In this document: positions 15,822 to 25,211 of the stretch, one piece after another | Numbering within the stretch: the first letter of the stretch is position 1 | Layout of the letters: each line of letters begins with the position of its first letter | Assembly: GCA_030041495.1 (NCBI GenBank) | Contig: JASHNT010000116.1 | Coordinates: 9,998 to 73,997, forward strand | Source: Bryobacteraceae bacterium | GTDB taxonomy: Bacteria; Acidobacteriota; Terriglobia; Bryobacterales; Bryobacteraceae | DNA: 64,000 nt | Reading direction: 5' to 3' | Notes under the pieces: generated by a model | The model's database searches: none | What the model was told of the DNA's origin: nothing | Seen by the model: the letters and a program-made list of their open reading frames with translations, nothing else | Made by a program: the position numbers and the translations under genes

Positions 15822-18800
15822 ATGAATCTGGGCGAGCAACTGAACGCGTACATCGCTGAACTGGAAAAACGCCTGCGCTGGAGCACGCTGCTCAAAGGCT
15901 TCGCGATCTTGACCGGCAGCGCGCTGCTTGGGACTCTGCTGCTGGTGACGATCGCGGACATGCGCGCGTTTTCCGCAGGCAGCGTGACGGCGTCGCGCTT
16001 CGTGCTGATTCTGATTCTAGCGATCGCGGCGGGGGCGGGGCTCGCGTGGCCGTTGCGGAGATTGACCCGGCGGTGGACGGTGGGCAAAGCGGAATCGGCG
16101 TTCCCGCAGTTCCAGCAACGCTTGATCACGTTCACCGAGCGGCAGGGGCAAGACCCGTTCATCGAATTGCTGGCTGGAGAGACGCTGGAAGTGGCGCAAT
16201 CGGCCGAGCCGAAGCAGATGGTGACGGACGGACGCTTGTGGGGCTCGCTTGCTACGGGTGTTATTTCGCTGGCGGCATTGATCTGGATTATCGCGGCGGG
16301 GCCGGGATTTCTGGGTTATGGAGCTTCCTTGTTGTGGACCGGGCCGCATGCGGATAAGCCGGCGATCTATCAACTGCGGGTGACTCCGGGCGACGCGGTG
16401 GTGCGGCGTCACGCGGATGAGTTAGTCTCGGCGCTGCCGACGGGGATGCAATCGCCGACGGTGAAGTTGCATGCGCGGTTCCAGAGCTCGGGGAAATGGG
16501 AAGAGATCGCGATGCTGCCGCAAGCGGCAGGAAGCTTCGCGGGAGGTTACCAATTCATATTCGCGGCGCTGCCGGAAAACGTGGAGTATTACGTGACCGC
16601 GGGCGCGATGACATCGCCGCACTACAACATTCGAGTGACGGATCTGCCGAGCGTGAAGCAGATTCGCGTCACCTATCATTACCCGGCGTGGACCGGATTG
16701 CCGAATGACACCGAGGAGCGTGGAGGCGATCTGCGCGCGGTGACCGGGACCCAAGCCGAGCTCGAGATTTCCACCGACCGTCCGCTTCAGGGCGGCGAGA
16801 TCCAGCTCGATAACGGGCAGAAAATCCAGCTTGCGACGGTGAAGCAGGACGGGCAGAACAACGTTTATCGCGGGACGCTGAAGATGGATCAGGACGGCGC
16901 CTATCACGTGGCGGGCATCGATGAGGGCCAGCCGGTGCGCGTGAGCGAAGACTTCTTTATCGAGGCTCGCAAAGCGGAGCCGCCGCAGATTGCGCTGACC
17001 CGTCCGCACGGCGATTATCACGCGTTGCCGATCGAAGAGGTGACGGTCGGCGTTAAGGCGGGGGACGAGTACGGCCTCAAGGGCGTGACGCTGCACTATT
17101 CGGTGAATGGCGGCCCGGAGACTGCTGTGGACTTGCTGCCACAGAAGGGCGAGAAGCAGGCGGACGGTTCGGCAACGCTGTCGCTCGAAAATTTCAAGCT
17201 GCAACCAGGCGACCTGGTAAGCCTGTACGCGACGGCCAAGGACGCCAACGCGGAATCGCACACCGACATGCTGTTTATCCAAGCCGATCCGTACGAGCGC
17301 CAGTTTACGCAGTCGCAGCAGGGTGGCGGCGGAGGCGGGGGTGGCGGCGGCGGAGGCGGCAACGAGGCCGCGCAGATCACGCAGCGCGAAAAAGAAATTA
17401 TTTCCCAGACGTTCAAGCAGCAGAACGATAAGAATTCGACTGCGCAACAGGCCGCGGAGATTTCGAAATTGCTTTCGCAATCGCAGGCGACGCTACGGGA
17501 TCAGTCGATGACGCTTTCGGGACGTCTCGAGGCTCGCGAGCTGACCGACGAGGTGAAGGCGATCAGCGACTTCGAAAAGGATATGGTCGCGGCGGCGCAA
17601 GTCATGGAGCCGGCGGCCAAGCAACTAGAGCAACAGAAGTGGAAAGACGCGATTCCGAACGAGCAAAAGGCTCTGCAATATCTGCAGCGCGCGGAGGCGA
17701 CGTACCGCGATATTCAGGTGGCGTTCGGAGCGCGCGGAGGCGGAGGAGGAGGCGGTGGAGGCGGCGCGGCTCGCGACTTGGCGGCGCTGTTCGACCTGGA
17801 GCTCGACACCCAGAAGAATCAGTATGAGACGCAGCAGAATTCCGCCACCACCGAGGAACAGAGGCAGCAGCAGATCGACGATGCGCTGAAAAAGCTGGAT
17901 GAGCTGGCCAAGCGCGAAGAGGCGCTCGCGCAGCAGCAGCGCAACGGCCAGGAGCAGACGGCGGAGCAGAAGTACCAACAGGAGATGCTCGAAAGGGAAG
18001 CGCAGCAGCTCCAGCAGCAGATGGCGGAGCAGCTTGGGCAGCAGGGCTCATCGAGTTCCTCTTCAAGCAGTTCGTCTTCGAGCAGCGCTTCGGCGAGCAG
18101 TTCTTCTTCAAACGGTCGCGGGGGACAAGGCGGCTCGCAGAGCAGCGCGAGCTCGCCGGAGTCCCGTCAACAAGCCCAGCAGCAGGCGCTCGACCGGCTG
18201 CGGCAGGCGGTCGACGACATGAAGCGCGCGACCCAGAACGGAAGCACGGCGGATTCGCGGCGCGCGGCGGACCGGTTGCGCGATGCGATGGATAAACTGG
18301 GGCAGACGCAATCGCAGGACGCGTCGGGGCAGATTGGCGCGATGGCCCAGACCGCGGGGCAGTTGGCGGAGCGTCAAAAGCAGACCGCCGACCAGGTGCG
18401 CGGAATCATCCAGCAGCAAAATGCGGCTCGGGCTGCGGGCAAGCAGCCGGAGTATCCTTCCTCGCAACAGATCGACAAGATGGTGGAGGATCGTCAGCAG
18501 GTCAGCGACGATCTGGACCGCTTGACGCAAAGGATCCGGGATGAGGCTCGCGCGCTGGCCACGACGCAGCCGGCGGCCTCTTCGAAGCTGCGCGGCGCGC
18601 TGCAGACGATGGACGATAACCAGCTTGGTAGCCGCGTGCAGCACAGCTCCGACGCCTTGGTTACGGGAGGGTTTTCGGATCAATCGGAATCGGCGATGAC
18701 CAGCGATTTGCAAAAGCTGAGCCAGCAGCTCACGGATGCATCCCGGGCGATGGGCAGTGCGCAGTCGAGCGATAAAGACGCGCAGCTCAATAGTGCGATG

Positions 18801-19517
18801 GATAATCTGTCGCGGCTGCGCGATCAGCTCGACGCGCTGGGGCGAGGCAACAATCCGCAGGCGGGCCAAGGCCAACAGGGGCAAGGCCGCGGACAGCAAC
18901 AAGGCCAAGGCCAGGGGCAAGGGCAGGGCCGGGGCGGACAGCAGGCTCAAAACGGGCAGGGCGGCCAGGGCGGATATCAGCAGAGCCAGCTTGGTCAGCA
19001 GGGCAATCCGCAGTCCGGGAATCGCGGAAACGCGCAAGGCACGACAGGCGATCGCATCGCGGGCGAAGTGAACGGCCCGGGCGGCGGTCCGCGTGGTCAG
19101 GTCTATAACAATTACGATACCGGCGGCAACTCACGTCCCGGTCAATCGGCGGAAGCGCGTCAGGGGCCGACTCCGCAGGACACGCAGAAGGAGATCGATC
19201 AGGGCTTGAACCTGCTCAACCAGATGCGTGCGGCCGTGCAGGATTCGCCCGAGGCGAAGCAGCAGTTGCAGGCGCTAATCGATGAGATGCGCAATCTCGA
19301 TCCGAAGCGGTTCCCCGGTAATCAGGGATTGATGGAGCAGATGCACCAGCAATTGCTGAGCAACGTGGATGCGCTGGAGCTGCAGTTGCGGCGGGAACTC
19401 GATCAGAATCAGGGCGGCATGATCCGCAATACCGATCCGGCGAAAGTACCAGCGGGTTACAAGGATTCGGTAGCGGATTATTTCCGCAAACTTTCCGGCA
19501 GCGATTCGACGAAATAG
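15822..19517 (+). CDS. large membrane-anchored protein with a Gln/Gly/Ser-rich coiled-coil and low-complexity C-terminal half (reminiscent of DUF4175-type proteins)
   Basis: 1231 aa. Three N-terminal hydrophobic helices and beta-rich middle modules. Then G13 (nt about 17322-17360), a second G-run (about 17735-17765), an S-run (about 18045-18110) and QGQG repeats (about 18860-18990). Codon periodicity is clean, whereas the antisense ORFs are Arg/Leu junk. Confidence 0.8.
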   Translation: MNLGEQLNAYIAELEKRLRWSTLLKGFAILTGSALLGTLLLVTIADMRAFSAGSVTASRFVLILILAIAAGAGLAWPLRRLTRRWTVGKAESAFPQFQQRLITFTERQGQDPFIELLAGETLEVAQSAEPKQMVTDGRLWGSLATGVISLAALIWIIAAGPGFLGYGASLLWTGPHADKPAIYQLRVTPGDAVVRRHADELVSALPTGMQSPTVKLHARFQSSGKWEEIAMLPQAAGSFAGGYQFIFAALPENVEYYVTAGAMTSPHYNIRVTDLPSVKQIRVTYHYPAWTGLPNDTEERGGDLRAVTGTQAELEISTDRPLQGGEIQLDNGQKIQLATVKQDGQNNVYRGTLKMDQDGAYHVAGIDEGQPVRVSEDFFIEARKAEPPQIALTRPHGDYHALPIEEVTVGVKAGDEYGLKGVTLHYSVNGGPETAVDLLPQKGEKQADGSATLSLENFKLQPGDLVSLYATAKDANAESHTDMLFIQADPYERQFTQSQQGGGGGGGGGGGGGNEAAQITQREKEIISQTFKQQNDKNSTAQQAAEISKLLSQSQATLRDQSMTLSGRLEARELTDEVKAISDFEKDMVAAAQVMEPAAKQLEQQKWKDAIPNEQKALQYLQRAEATYRDIQVAFGARGGGGGGGGGGAARDLAALFDLELDTQKNQYETQQNSATTEEQRQQQIDDALKKLDELAKREEALAQQQRNGQEQTAEQKYQQEMLEREAQQLQQQMAEQLGQQGSSSSSSSSSSSSSASASSSSSNGRGGQGGSQSSASSPESRQQAQQQALDRLRQAVDDMKRATQNGSTADSRRAADRLRDAMDKLGQTQSQDASGQIGAMAQTAGQLAERQKQTADQVRGIIQQQNAARAAGKQPEYPSSQQIDKMVEDRQQVSDDLDRLTQRIRDEARALATTQPAASSKLRGALQTMDDNQLGSRVQHSSDALVTGGFSDQSESAMTSDLQKLSQQLTDASRAMGSAQSSDKDAQLNSAMDNLSRLRDQLDALGRGNNPQAGQGQQGQGRGQQQGQGQGQGQGRGGQQAQNGQGGQGGYQQSQLGQQGNPQSGNRGNAQGTTGDRIAGEVNGPGGGPRGQVYNNYDTGGNSRPGQSAEARQGPTPQDTQKEIDQGLNLLNQMRAAVQDSPEAKQQLQALIDEMRNLDPKRFPGNQGLMEQMHQQLLSNVDALELQLRRELDQNQGGMIRNTDPAKVPAGYKDSVADYFRKLSGSDSTK

Positions 19518-19532
19518 CTCGCGCTATTGCCA

Positions 19533-20576
19533 TCACTTGCCGGCCGTCTTGACAAGGCCGCGGAGGGACTGCGGAAGATTCGCGAAATCTTCCGCGCTGA
19601 CCAATGCGGGTGTCAGAGGATCGGGGCCGTTTTCGCGCAGCGACTTGGTCCCCGCGGGACTTAACAGTAACTGAAGAAACTTGATCGCGTTGTCTCTGTC
19701 CGGCGCGTTCTTGAGCAGGGCAATGCCCCAAGCCAGGCGCGACGCCGGGACGGCGATGGTGCGGGCGCTGTGCGCAGTACCCAGGCCGGGCAAGACCACA
19801 ACCGCGTGCTCGCGATAGTACGATTCCTTGGCGGGATCGGAGAGGTTGATGTCGTCGGGCAAGTCGACATAGCGGTAATCGGGATTCGATGCCGCAGTTG
19901 CGCGGGCGTTGTGCTCGTAGGTGAGCTGGAATTCGAACTGCTTGCCGAGAGTGGCTCCGGAGCCTTGGCCCATGATAACCAGATGCTCCAGCAGATTGTT
20001 GTAGAGGTTGGGCACCTGATAATACTGTTCGGCGAGCTGGAAGATCATTGGCGCGCGATACGCTCCGGGATCGAGAAACCAGTTGCCTCCACCGATGGCG
20101 ACGCCGGGCGAGGTTAGGATCTGGTACCAGTTCGCGACCGCCTTGGGAATCGAGTCCGGCGGATGGAAGGCCGTCCCGGGTTGGGCGATGGCTGGCAGCT
20201 TTTTCGCGGCCAGGCCGCTGGCCGAATACGCCAGCACCGTACGGCCGTGCGCGAAGACGATGTCGAAGCTGGAGTAGCCGGCGGGCTTCATGAACAGGTC
20301 GATGTCCAGGTAATCGGCCGGGGCGTAGAGATCGGCGGTGTGGCCGCCGGCGGTGATCTGCCGGCCCATGTCGACGCTGCCTCCGGAGGTGTCCTTCACC
20401 TGAATTCCCGTTTCACAGGTGAACTGTTTCTCGAGCGGCTGGAAGGCGCGCGTGAGGCTGCCGGCGCGGTAGATGATCAATTGCTGATGGGAGGGCGGGA
20501 CGCAATTGGCCGATTCTGCCGCGGCAGCGGATGCTAAAGCGAGCGCGAGAAGGGACGGGTAGACGAATTTGGGCAT
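19533..20576 (-). CDS. periplasmic substrate-binding protein, molybdate/tungstate-binding (ModA/WtpA-like, SBP_bac_11-type)
   Basis: 347 aa with a signal peptide. IIYRAGSLTRAFQPLEKQF...VKDTSGGSVDMGRQI...ADLYAPADY is the pattern of ModA-like type II binding proteins. It sits 14 nt downstream of the TonB-dependent receptor. Confidence 0.6.
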   Translation of the reverse strand: MPKFVYPSLLALALASAAAAESANCVPPSHQQLIIYRAGSLTRAFQPLEKQFTCETGIQVKDTSGGSVDMGRQITAGGHTADLYAPADYLDIDLFMKPAGYSSFDIVFAHGRTVLAYSASGLAAKKLPAIAQPGTAFHPPDSIPKAVANWYQILTSPGVAIGGGNWFLDPGAYRAPMIFQLAEQYYQVPNLYNNLLEHLVIMGQGSGATLGKQFEFQLTYEHNARATAASNPDYRYVDLPDDINLSDPAKESYYREHAVVVLPGLGTAHSARTIAVPASRLAWGIALLKNAPDRDNAIKFLQLLLSPAGTKSLRENGPDPLTPALVSAEDFANLPQSLRGLVKTAGK

Positions 20577-20590
20577 ACTCAGCTCCTACT

Positions 20591-23170
20591 CTACAAGTCG
20601 TAGCGGATGGACGCAGTGATCAGGCGCGGATCGCCCAAGTGCGCGAGGTAACTGCCCGTGCTCTGGCCGGTGATGCTGCCGGGGCCGAGAGTGGACCAGT
20701 AGAACACGTTGGTGGCGTTGTTGACGGTGATGCGGAAGTTGGTGACTCTGTCCGCGATGCGCGTGGTGTAACGAATTCCGAAATCGAAGGTGTTGAATTG
20801 CGGCGTGTACTCGCTGTTGATGTCGTCAACGGGGCGGCGTCCGACGTGCTGCCAGTCAGTGTTGAAAAACAGACCGGTCAGCCTTGGCACCTGATACTCC
20901 GCCAGGATGTTGGAATGCCAGTCGGGGATGCCGACGAAATCTTTGTTGTTGGTAGCGGCGATGCCGGTGTCGGTAAGCTTGGGGTTGAGCGCGGTGAGTC
21001 CGCCGGTGAGCATCAGGCGCTCAAAGATACGGCCGGAGAGCATGGCCTCCGCGCCGTAATTGAGCTGATTGCCGGTGATCTGGTAGGCTTCGCAATTCGC
21101 CGTCCCGGATTGGGAGCCGCAGACGGGGTTCACAATGCCGGCGACGTAGTTAGCGAAAGGCCGCTCCAGGCGGAAAACGTCGGTGGTAAAGTTGATGCGG
21201 CGCAACCGGAGCTTATAGCCGATTTCACCTTGCTTGCTGCGATAGGGAGGCAGCGCTGAGCTCGCGTTGATGATGACCAGGCTGCCGCTATTAGCCGCCG
21301 CAACGTCGGGAGCCTGAAGGCTCTGAACGAAGGTCGCGTAGATGGTCTGATTCTGAGCGGGCTTGAATGCGAGACTCGCGGAGGGGCTGACGCCCTGGGA
21401 GTCGTAACCGCCCGCAGCGGCGACGCGGTTGTAGCCGGTGGACGCTTTGTCGGCGAACGCGCTGATCCAGGTCCAATCCTGGTTAACTCCCACGCGCAAA
21501 ATCCAGCGCGGCGAAAGCGTCATCTCGTCGTCGAAGTTGACGCCCTGCTGGTGAATGATGCTCGATTCATAAATGCCGGTTCCCGGCGCGGTGTAAGCGT
21601 AGGAGAAGATGCCGCCGGGAGGGATGATGTCGGAAAGCGGATTGGCGATGTTCGCCTCGCACACTCCTTGATAGGTGCACAGTGCGGTCTTTGCTGGGCC
21701 GTTCACGGGCGAGTAGCTGCCGAAACGATAGCCGTTGCTGCCAATGACGATGTCGTGAATGACGGAACCGGTGTTGACGCGGCCTTCCAGATAGCCGAGA
21801 TTGCTGGTGACCTCAAAGCGCGGCGCTAATGAGGAAAAAGCGTTGGCGAGGTAGCTTTTGTAGTCGCCGTTGTTATCGACGAACTGGTTGACGGCGGTGT
21901 TGATGTTGCGGTCGGCGATTTGATTGAGGGCTCCGGCGACGAAGTGCCAGCGCGCGCTGAAATCGTGCTTCAACCGAGCCTCGCCGATTTGCGACTTGAG
22001 ATCGACGCCGGAGAAAGATTGGCCGTAGCCGGGAAGCGTCGGGTTCGGAGCTTGCAGCGGAATCAGGATGCTCTTGGAGCCTGGCACGTCCACCGGCGTG
22101 GTGGTGGGCGAGTACGCGAACCAGCCCGGATATCCGTGCTGATAGAGGTTGTAGTAGCTGTAATTGCCTTCGATGGTGGTGTGCGAGGTCACGCGGTAAT
22201 CCGCGGCGATGGCGACCAGTTGCCGGCGTAGCTGGCTGTTGGAGACGTAGCCCTGGCCGTCGGCAAGCACCAGGTTAGAGCGGTAACCAAATTTTTTCTT
22301 CTTTCCCAGACGTCCGCCGAAATCGGTGTGGATAGTGCCGACCGAGTTGCCTTCGTAATCGAGCTCGATCTCGCCCAGGAACTCGTCAGTGGGGCGCTTG
22401 GTGATGAAGTTGAACATGCCGGAGGGATTGGCGGGCCCGTAGAGCGAGCTAGAGGCGCCTTGCACGACCTCGATCTGCTCGTATTCTTCCAGCGCGGAGG
22501 GAGTGGTGACGGCGATTCCCATGCCGTCCTTCATGTCGTTTTGCATGTTGCTGCCCTGCATGCCGCGCGTCTCCGGGCGCAGGACTTCGGGACCCTGCAT
22601 TTCCTGAAAGGAAACTAGCGGGAGGTATTTTGCGGCTTCCTTGAAATTGCGGGACTGTGTGTCGTCGATCAACTGGCGCGAGATGACATTGATGGAATAG
22701 GGCAGGTCGAGTATGGGCGTGGAGCCGAGCGGTCCTCCGGGTGCGACGTTGTCGACGCGGTAGGCGTTCTCGACGGTGCCGGCGGAGACAGTGACCGATT
22801 GCGCGATGCCTTGAAGCGGGAGGGTGAAATCGTACTTGACGGTTTGGCCGGAGTCGAGCTTCTGCTCCGGACTCTGGGCCGCCTGAAATCCTTTGGCGCC
22901 GGCGGAGACCAGGTAGGTTCCGGGCGCGAGAGAGTTGAACGAGTATGCGCCTTGCGCGTCGGTGCTGGCCGTGGCGGTGGTCTTGGTCTGGGGATTGGTG
23001 AGGATGACCTGGGCTCCGGGGATCAGGGCCTCCGTCGCGTCTTTGACGACTCCCGAGATTTGGCCGGTGGCCGAGGGGGCTTGCGCCCAAGCGGCATACG
23101 ATGCCAGCAGAAACATGCAGATGAATTCATATATATGCGCGCGAGGCAGGCGTAGGAAAATCATTTCCAT
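20591..23170 (-). CDS. TonB-dependent receptor with N-terminal carboxypeptidase-regulatory-like domain
   Basis: 859 aa. Signal peptide, then GQISGVVKDATEALIPGAQVILTN (CarboxypepD_reg-like). Plug region (VDNVAPGG...PYSINVISRQLIDD, IEVVQGASSSLYG), then a long beta-barrel. Confidence 0.85.
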   Translation of the reverse strand: MEMIFLRLPRAHIYEFICMFLLASYAAWAQAPSATGQISGVVKDATEALIPGAQVILTNPQTKTTATASTDAQGAYSFNSLAPGTYLVSAGAKGFQAAQSPEQKLDSGQTVKYDFTLPLQGIAQSVTVSAGTVENAYRVDNVAPGGPLGSTPILDLPYSINVISRQLIDDTQSRNFKEAAKYLPLVSFQEMQGPEVLRPETRGMQGSNMQNDMKDGMGIAVTTPSALEEYEQIEVVQGASSSLYGPANPSGMFNFITKRPTDEFLGEIELDYEGNSVGTIHTDFGGRLGKKKKFGYRSNLVLADGQGYVSNSQLRRQLVAIAADYRVTSHTTIEGNYSYYNLYQHGYPGWFAYSPTTTPVDVPGSKSILIPLQAPNPTLPGYGQSFSGVDLKSQIGEARLKHDFSARWHFVAGALNQIADRNINTAVNQFVDNNGDYKSYLANAFSSLAPRFEVTSNLGYLEGRVNTGSVIHDIVIGSNGYRFGSYSPVNGPAKTALCTYQGVCEANIANPLSDIIPPGGIFSYAYTAPGTGIYESSIIHQQGVNFDDEMTLSPRWILRVGVNQDWTWISAFADKASTGYNRVAAAGGYDSQGVSPSASLAFKPAQNQTIYATFVQSLQAPDVAAANSGSLVIINASSALPPYRSKQGEIGYKLRLRRINFTTDVFRLERPFANYVAGIVNPVCGSQSGTANCEAYQITGNQLNYGAEAMLSGRIFERLMLTGGLTALNPKLTDTGIAATNNKDFVGIPDWHSNILAEYQVPRLTGLFFNTDWQHVGRRPVDDINSEYTPQFNTFDFGIRYTTRIADRVTNFRITVNNATNVFYWSTLGPGSITGQSTGSYLAHLGDPRLITASIRYDL

Positions 23171-23199
23171 GAGGATAACCGGTTAAGGCCGGATTGAAA

Positions 23200-23219
23200 A
23201 TATGATGCTATGCTCATAT
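23200..23219. promoter_or_regulatory. inverted repeat ATATGA-N8-TCATAT in the 81-bp divergent region between the receptor and the ModE-like regulator; candidate operator
   Basis: Read directly: ATATGATGCTATGCTCATAT. It is AT-rich in an otherwise GC-rich context. Confidence 0.4.
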
Positions 23220-23251
23220 CTTTCATCGTAACTTAGATTGGAGAAGCGGCC

Positions 23252-24355
23252 TTGATTCGAATCGAGATCGACGCCTTGTGGGGTTTCCGGCGCGAAGACG
23301 ACGCCGCGCCGACGCGCGTGATGCTGGATCTGCTGAACGAGATCCGCGTCAGCGGCAAGATCAGCGATGCGGCTATGCGGGCGGGCTTGTCCTACCGGCA
23401 TGCCTGGAACCTGATCGAGAAGTGGTCGCGATTTTTCGGAGTACCGTTGGTGGAGCGCAAGCAGGGCAAAGGCACCAGCCTTACCGAGTTCGGAGGCAAG
23501 CTGGTGTGGGCGGGACAGCGTTTGCAGGCGCGGCTCGGGCCGCAGCTCCAGAATCTTTCGCAGGAGCTGGAGACGGAGATTAATCAGTTGCTTCCGCACC
23601 GGCCGGCGATCATCCGCGTGCACGCCAGCCACGGCTTCGCGGTTTCGAAACTGCGGGAGATGCTGAGCCGGGAGGAGGATCTGGGCGTCGATCTGCGCTA
23701 CGTGAGCAATCAGAACTCGCTGGTATCGCTGGCGCACGGAGGGTGCGACTTGGCCGGCATCCATCTGCCGCAGGGCGAGCTGCGCGACCGGAGCATTGCG
23801 GCGATGAAGGGATTGCTCAAGGCCAGCGTGCATCGCGTGGTGGGGCTGGTGACGCGCGAGATGGGATTGATCGTGAAGCGCGGGAATCCCTTGGGGATCG
23901 AGACACCGGCGCACTTGCTGGACCCGGGCGTGCGCTTCGTGAATCGCGATCCGGATTCGGGCACGCGGCTGCTCTTCGATCAGTTTCTGGCGCAGCACGG
24001 GCTGGCGGGAGAGCGGATCAACGGTTATGAACGAGTGGAGTTCACGCACGCGGCGGTGGCGGCGTACGTGGCCAGCGATATGGCGGATGTGAGCTTCGGC
24101 GTGGAAGCGGCTGCGCGCCAATTCGAACTTGACTTTGTGCCTCTGGTGACCGAGGACTATTTCTTTGTCTGCCGCAAGCAGTTTCTCGAAGCCGCCTCGA
24201 TGAAGCGGGTCCTGGAAGTGATGCGCAGCGAGGAGTTCCGCACGGCGATTTCGCAACTGCCCGGATACCGCTGCAAGGACGCGGGAGTGGTGAAGACGAT
24301 TGGCGAGGCGTTCGGCCCGCCGCTACGCGGGCGATCTCAGGGAGGAATGGCATGA
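23252..24355 (+). CDS. transcriptional regulator: ModE-type N-terminal HTH fused to a PBP-like (COG1910-type) oxyanion-binding domain
   Basis: 367 aa with a TTG start. LLNEIRVSGKISDAAMRAGLSYRHAWNLIEKW...LVERKQGKGTSLTEFGGKL matches the ModE N-terminal pattern (GSIS.AA...SY..AW). The remainder resembles the PBP_like domain found in TunR/ModE-like regulators. Confidence 0.7.
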   Translation: MIRIEIDALWGFRREDDAAPTRVMLDLLNEIRVSGKISDAAMRAGLSYRHAWNLIEKWSRFFGVPLVERKQGKGTSLTEFGGKLVWAGQRLQARLGPQLQNLSQELETEINQLLPHRPAIIRVHASHGFAVSKLREMLSREEDLGVDLRYVSNQNSLVSLAHGGCDLAGIHLPQGELRDRSIAAMKGLLKASVHRVVGLVTREMGLIVKRGNPLGIETPAHLLDPGVRFVNRDPDSGTRLLFDQFLAQHGLAGERINGYERVEFTHAAVAAYVASDMADVSFGVEAAARQFELDFVPLVTEDYFFVCRKQFLEAASMKRVLEVMRSEEFRTAISQLPGYRCKDAGVVKTIGEAFGPPLRGRSQGGMA

Positions 24356-25200
24356 GTTGGCCGGCGCCCGCCAATGAGGCGAGGGATGAGCGTCCTGGAG
24401 ATCCAGTGCCGGGGCATATTGGGGTCCACGCGTTCATAGGCTTTATCGTCGGGGTCGCGGGCGGATTGGTTGGATTGGGAGGAGCCGAGCTGCGTTTGCC
24501 GTACCTAGCCGGGACGCTCCGCCTTCCTTTGAAGAACGCCGTGCCGGTCAATCTCGCCGTCAGCTTGTTGACCTTGTTGGCGGCGCTGCCGGCGCGGCTT
24601 TTGACGCTGAAGACGGCGGGGCTCAATCCGTTCCTTGCCGAGACCGCCGCACTGGGAATTGGCGCGGTCGTGGGAGCATATGCCGGTGTGGACGGCCTGA
24701 GGAGGCTCTCGCCGCAAGCGCTGGCTCGCGCGGTGTTCGCGTTGCTCCTGTCGCTGGGGCTGATGATGATGGCCGAGCCGGTGGTGCATTTTGCGCCGCT
24801 GGGACTGGCGCCGGACTGGACGCCGCTGCGCATCGCAGCCGGCTTGTTGTGCGGCGTTTTGATCGGCGCGATCAGCGGGCTTCTGGGCGTGGCCGGAGGA
24901 GAAGTCATCATTCCCGCGCTGGTGCTCGAGTTCGGTGCGCCAATTAAGGCCGCGGGATCGCTGGGTCAGATGGTGAGCATTCCGACGGTTTTGACGGGAT
25001 TCGTGAGGCACCAACGCGCCGGCGCGTTTCGGGATCGCGAGTTGCTGATGCGCCTGATTGTTCCCATGGGCTTGGGTGCGATCGCGGGCGGGCTCCTGGG
25101 CGGGCTCCTGGCCGCTTATGTGCCTTCCGGCTTGTTGAAAGCGGCGCTGGGCCTGATTCTGATTGCGTCGTCGGTTAAGGTGTTCCGGAAACAGCTTTGA
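24352..25200 (+). CDS. TSUP (TauE/SafE) family anion permease
   Basis: 282 aa. Two 4-TM halves with G-rich motifs (VGVAGGLVGLGGAELRLP and ISGLLGVAGGEVIIPAL). The start overlaps the regulator stop by 4 nt (ATGA). Confidence 0.8.
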   Translation: MSWPAPANEARDERPGDPVPGHIGVHAFIGFIVGVAGGLVGLGGAELRLPYLAGTLRLPLKNAVPVNLAVSLLTLLAALPARLLTLKTAGLNPFLAETAALGIGAVVGAYAGVDGLRRLSPQALARAVFALLLSLGLMMMAEPVVHFAPLGLAPDWTPLRIAAGLLCGVLIGAISGLLGVAGGEVIIPALVLEFGAPIKAAGSLGQMVSIPTVLTGFVRHQRAGAFRDRELLMRLIVPMGLGAIAGGLLGGLLAAYVPSGLLKAALGLILIASSVKVFRKQL

Positions 25201-25211
25201 TTGGTGATTTT

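Noticed and set aside
17322-17360. Gly13-coding tract (and the Ser run near 18045-18110) as a slipped-strand phase-variation site.
   Set aside because: The codons are heterogeneous (ggt ggc ggc gga ggc ggg ggt ggc ...), so there is no perfect simple-sequence repeat at the DNA level.
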